Source: an uncultured Eubacteriales bacterium
Lineage (GTDB): Bacteria > Bacillota > Clostridia > UBA1381 > UMGS1253
Assembly: GCA_902492065.1 (NCBI GenBank)
Contig: CABUKE010000003.1
Span: 1,942-65,941 of the forward strand
DNA: 64,000 bases
Direction of reading: 5' to 3'
This document shows, in pieces, positions 63,376 to 64,000 of the stretch. How positions within the stretch are numbered: position 1 is the first letter of the stretch; each line of letters begins with the position of its first letter. The position numbers and the translations under genes were made by a program. A model generated the notes under the pieces. That model was not told the DNA's origin, ran no database searches, and was given only the letters and a program-made list of their open reading frames with translations.

Positions 63376-64000
63376 TTATAAACTGGAAACCAAATCGCCC
63401 ATATCGTATAGGCCGGGCTTCTTCCCACACAAGAACTGTGCCGCACGTACCGCACCGACTGCAAACACTTCTTTGGAGGCCGCATGATGTGACAGCGTAA
63501 TAATCTCGTCCGTTCCAGCAAACATCACCTCGTGGTCGCCCACAATCGTCCCACCGCGCACCGCGTGCAGGCCAATCTCGTTTTTGCTCCGCTTTTTGCG
63601 CTGGGAATGGCGGTCATACACATAGGCCGGCGGCGTAGATAGAACAGACGATACCGCGTCCGCAATGGCGAGCGCCGTGCCGCTCGGCGCGTCAATCTTC
63701 TGGTTATGATGCTTTTCAATAATTTCTATATCAAAATTCCCCTCCAAAAGCTTTGCCGCACGCTTTGCAAGGTCAATCAACAGATTGATGCCCAAGCTCA
63801 TATTCGCTGAGAAGAACACCGCCGTCTTCCCCGCCGCCGTACGAATCAGCTCCTTCTGGTTTTCGCTCAAACCCGTGGTCGCCACAACGACGGGCAGACC
63901 CTTTTCACAGGCATAGCTGAGCAACGGCTCCAGGCACGACGGGTGAGAAAAGTCAATAATCACATCCGCCTGCTCGCGCACTTCAAAAATATCACGGTAC
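63376..64000 (-). CDS. dapB: 4-hydroxy-tetrahydrodipicolinate reductase, C-terminal about 208 codons (the 5' end lies beyond the right edge)
   Basis: DVIIDFSHP...VVATTG...IIEKHHNQKIDAPSGTA hallmark of DapB. The frame remains open to position 64000. Confidence 0.88.
   Translation of the reverse strand, partial: YRDIFEVREQADVIIDFSHPSCLEPLLSYACEKGLPVVVATTGLSENQKELIRTAAGKTAVFFSANMSLGINLLIDLAKRAAKLLEGNFDIEIIEKHHNQKIDAPSGTALAIADAVSSVLSTPPAYVYDRHSQRKKRSKNEIGLHAVRGGTIVGDHEVMFAGTDEIITLSHHAASKEVFAVGAVRAAQFLCGKKPGLYDMGDLVSSL

Noticed and set aside
1-64000. Search for CRISPR arrays, tRNA/rRNA genes, IS elements, integrases, phage modules and classical defence systems (RM, TA, CBASS, retron-like)
   Set aside because: No direct-repeat/spacer periodicity is present. 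No intergenic space exceeds about 370 nt. I found no tRNA-like T-arm (GTTCGAATC-type) sequence and no transposase, recombinase or reverse-transcriptase motif in any frame. The HIT, NUDIX and ARH proteins sit in metabolic rather than defence-like contexts.

Overview
This is a 64-kb chromosomal window from what looks like a moderately GC-rich, endospore-forming member of the Clostridia. That assignment is an inference from gene content: a complete spoIIIAA-AH operon, spoVAD/spoVAE, rubrerythrin with superoxide reductase, and strong GGAGG ribosome-binding sites. Coding density is about 90%. I found no rRNA, tRNA, CRISPR array, transposase, integrase or phage genes.

Gene order from left to right:
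- A truncated secreted LamG-like protein, then add-punA purine salvage, asp23 and spoIIIAH-AA on the minus strand.
- An AraC-associated glycan locus. Two secreted, multidomain heparinase II/III-like proteins of 1410 aa each flank an intracellular ROK kinase / GmhA-like isomerase / GH2 operon.
- An ECF S-component / DmpA-type peptidase / frameshifted DUF1835 operon behind a terminator-containing leader.
- A membrane-anchored PstS-like protein, a YtrA-type GntR-ABC operon, an ABC-F ATPase, and a three-gene ABC-2 exporter-like operon with a long leader.
- Oxidative-stress genes, spoVAD/spoVAE, a DUF134-Mrp pair, and an ADP-ribosylglycohydrolase with its own AraC regulator.
- A 14-gene co-directional minus-strand block. 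It contains the conserved radical SAM pair of unknown function (TIGR03960/TIGR03936) and a tightly packed seven-gene operon: DUF2268-like metalloprotease, PHP, AEC permease, cytoplasmic heparinase II/III-like protein, COG2509 FAD protein, PL22-like beta-propeller and HIT.
- Assorted oxidoreductases, PadR-DUF2812, and an ACT protein with dapB at the right edge.

The candidates I rate highest for undescribed biology are the seven-gene cytoplasmic lyase/PHP/HIT/FAD operon, the ROK-GmhA-like-GH2 operon (possible heptose or mannoside salvage) with its flanking surface lyases, and the orphan structured leader upstream of the ECF S-component.

All family assignments come from motif and pattern recognition by eye. 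No database search was run.
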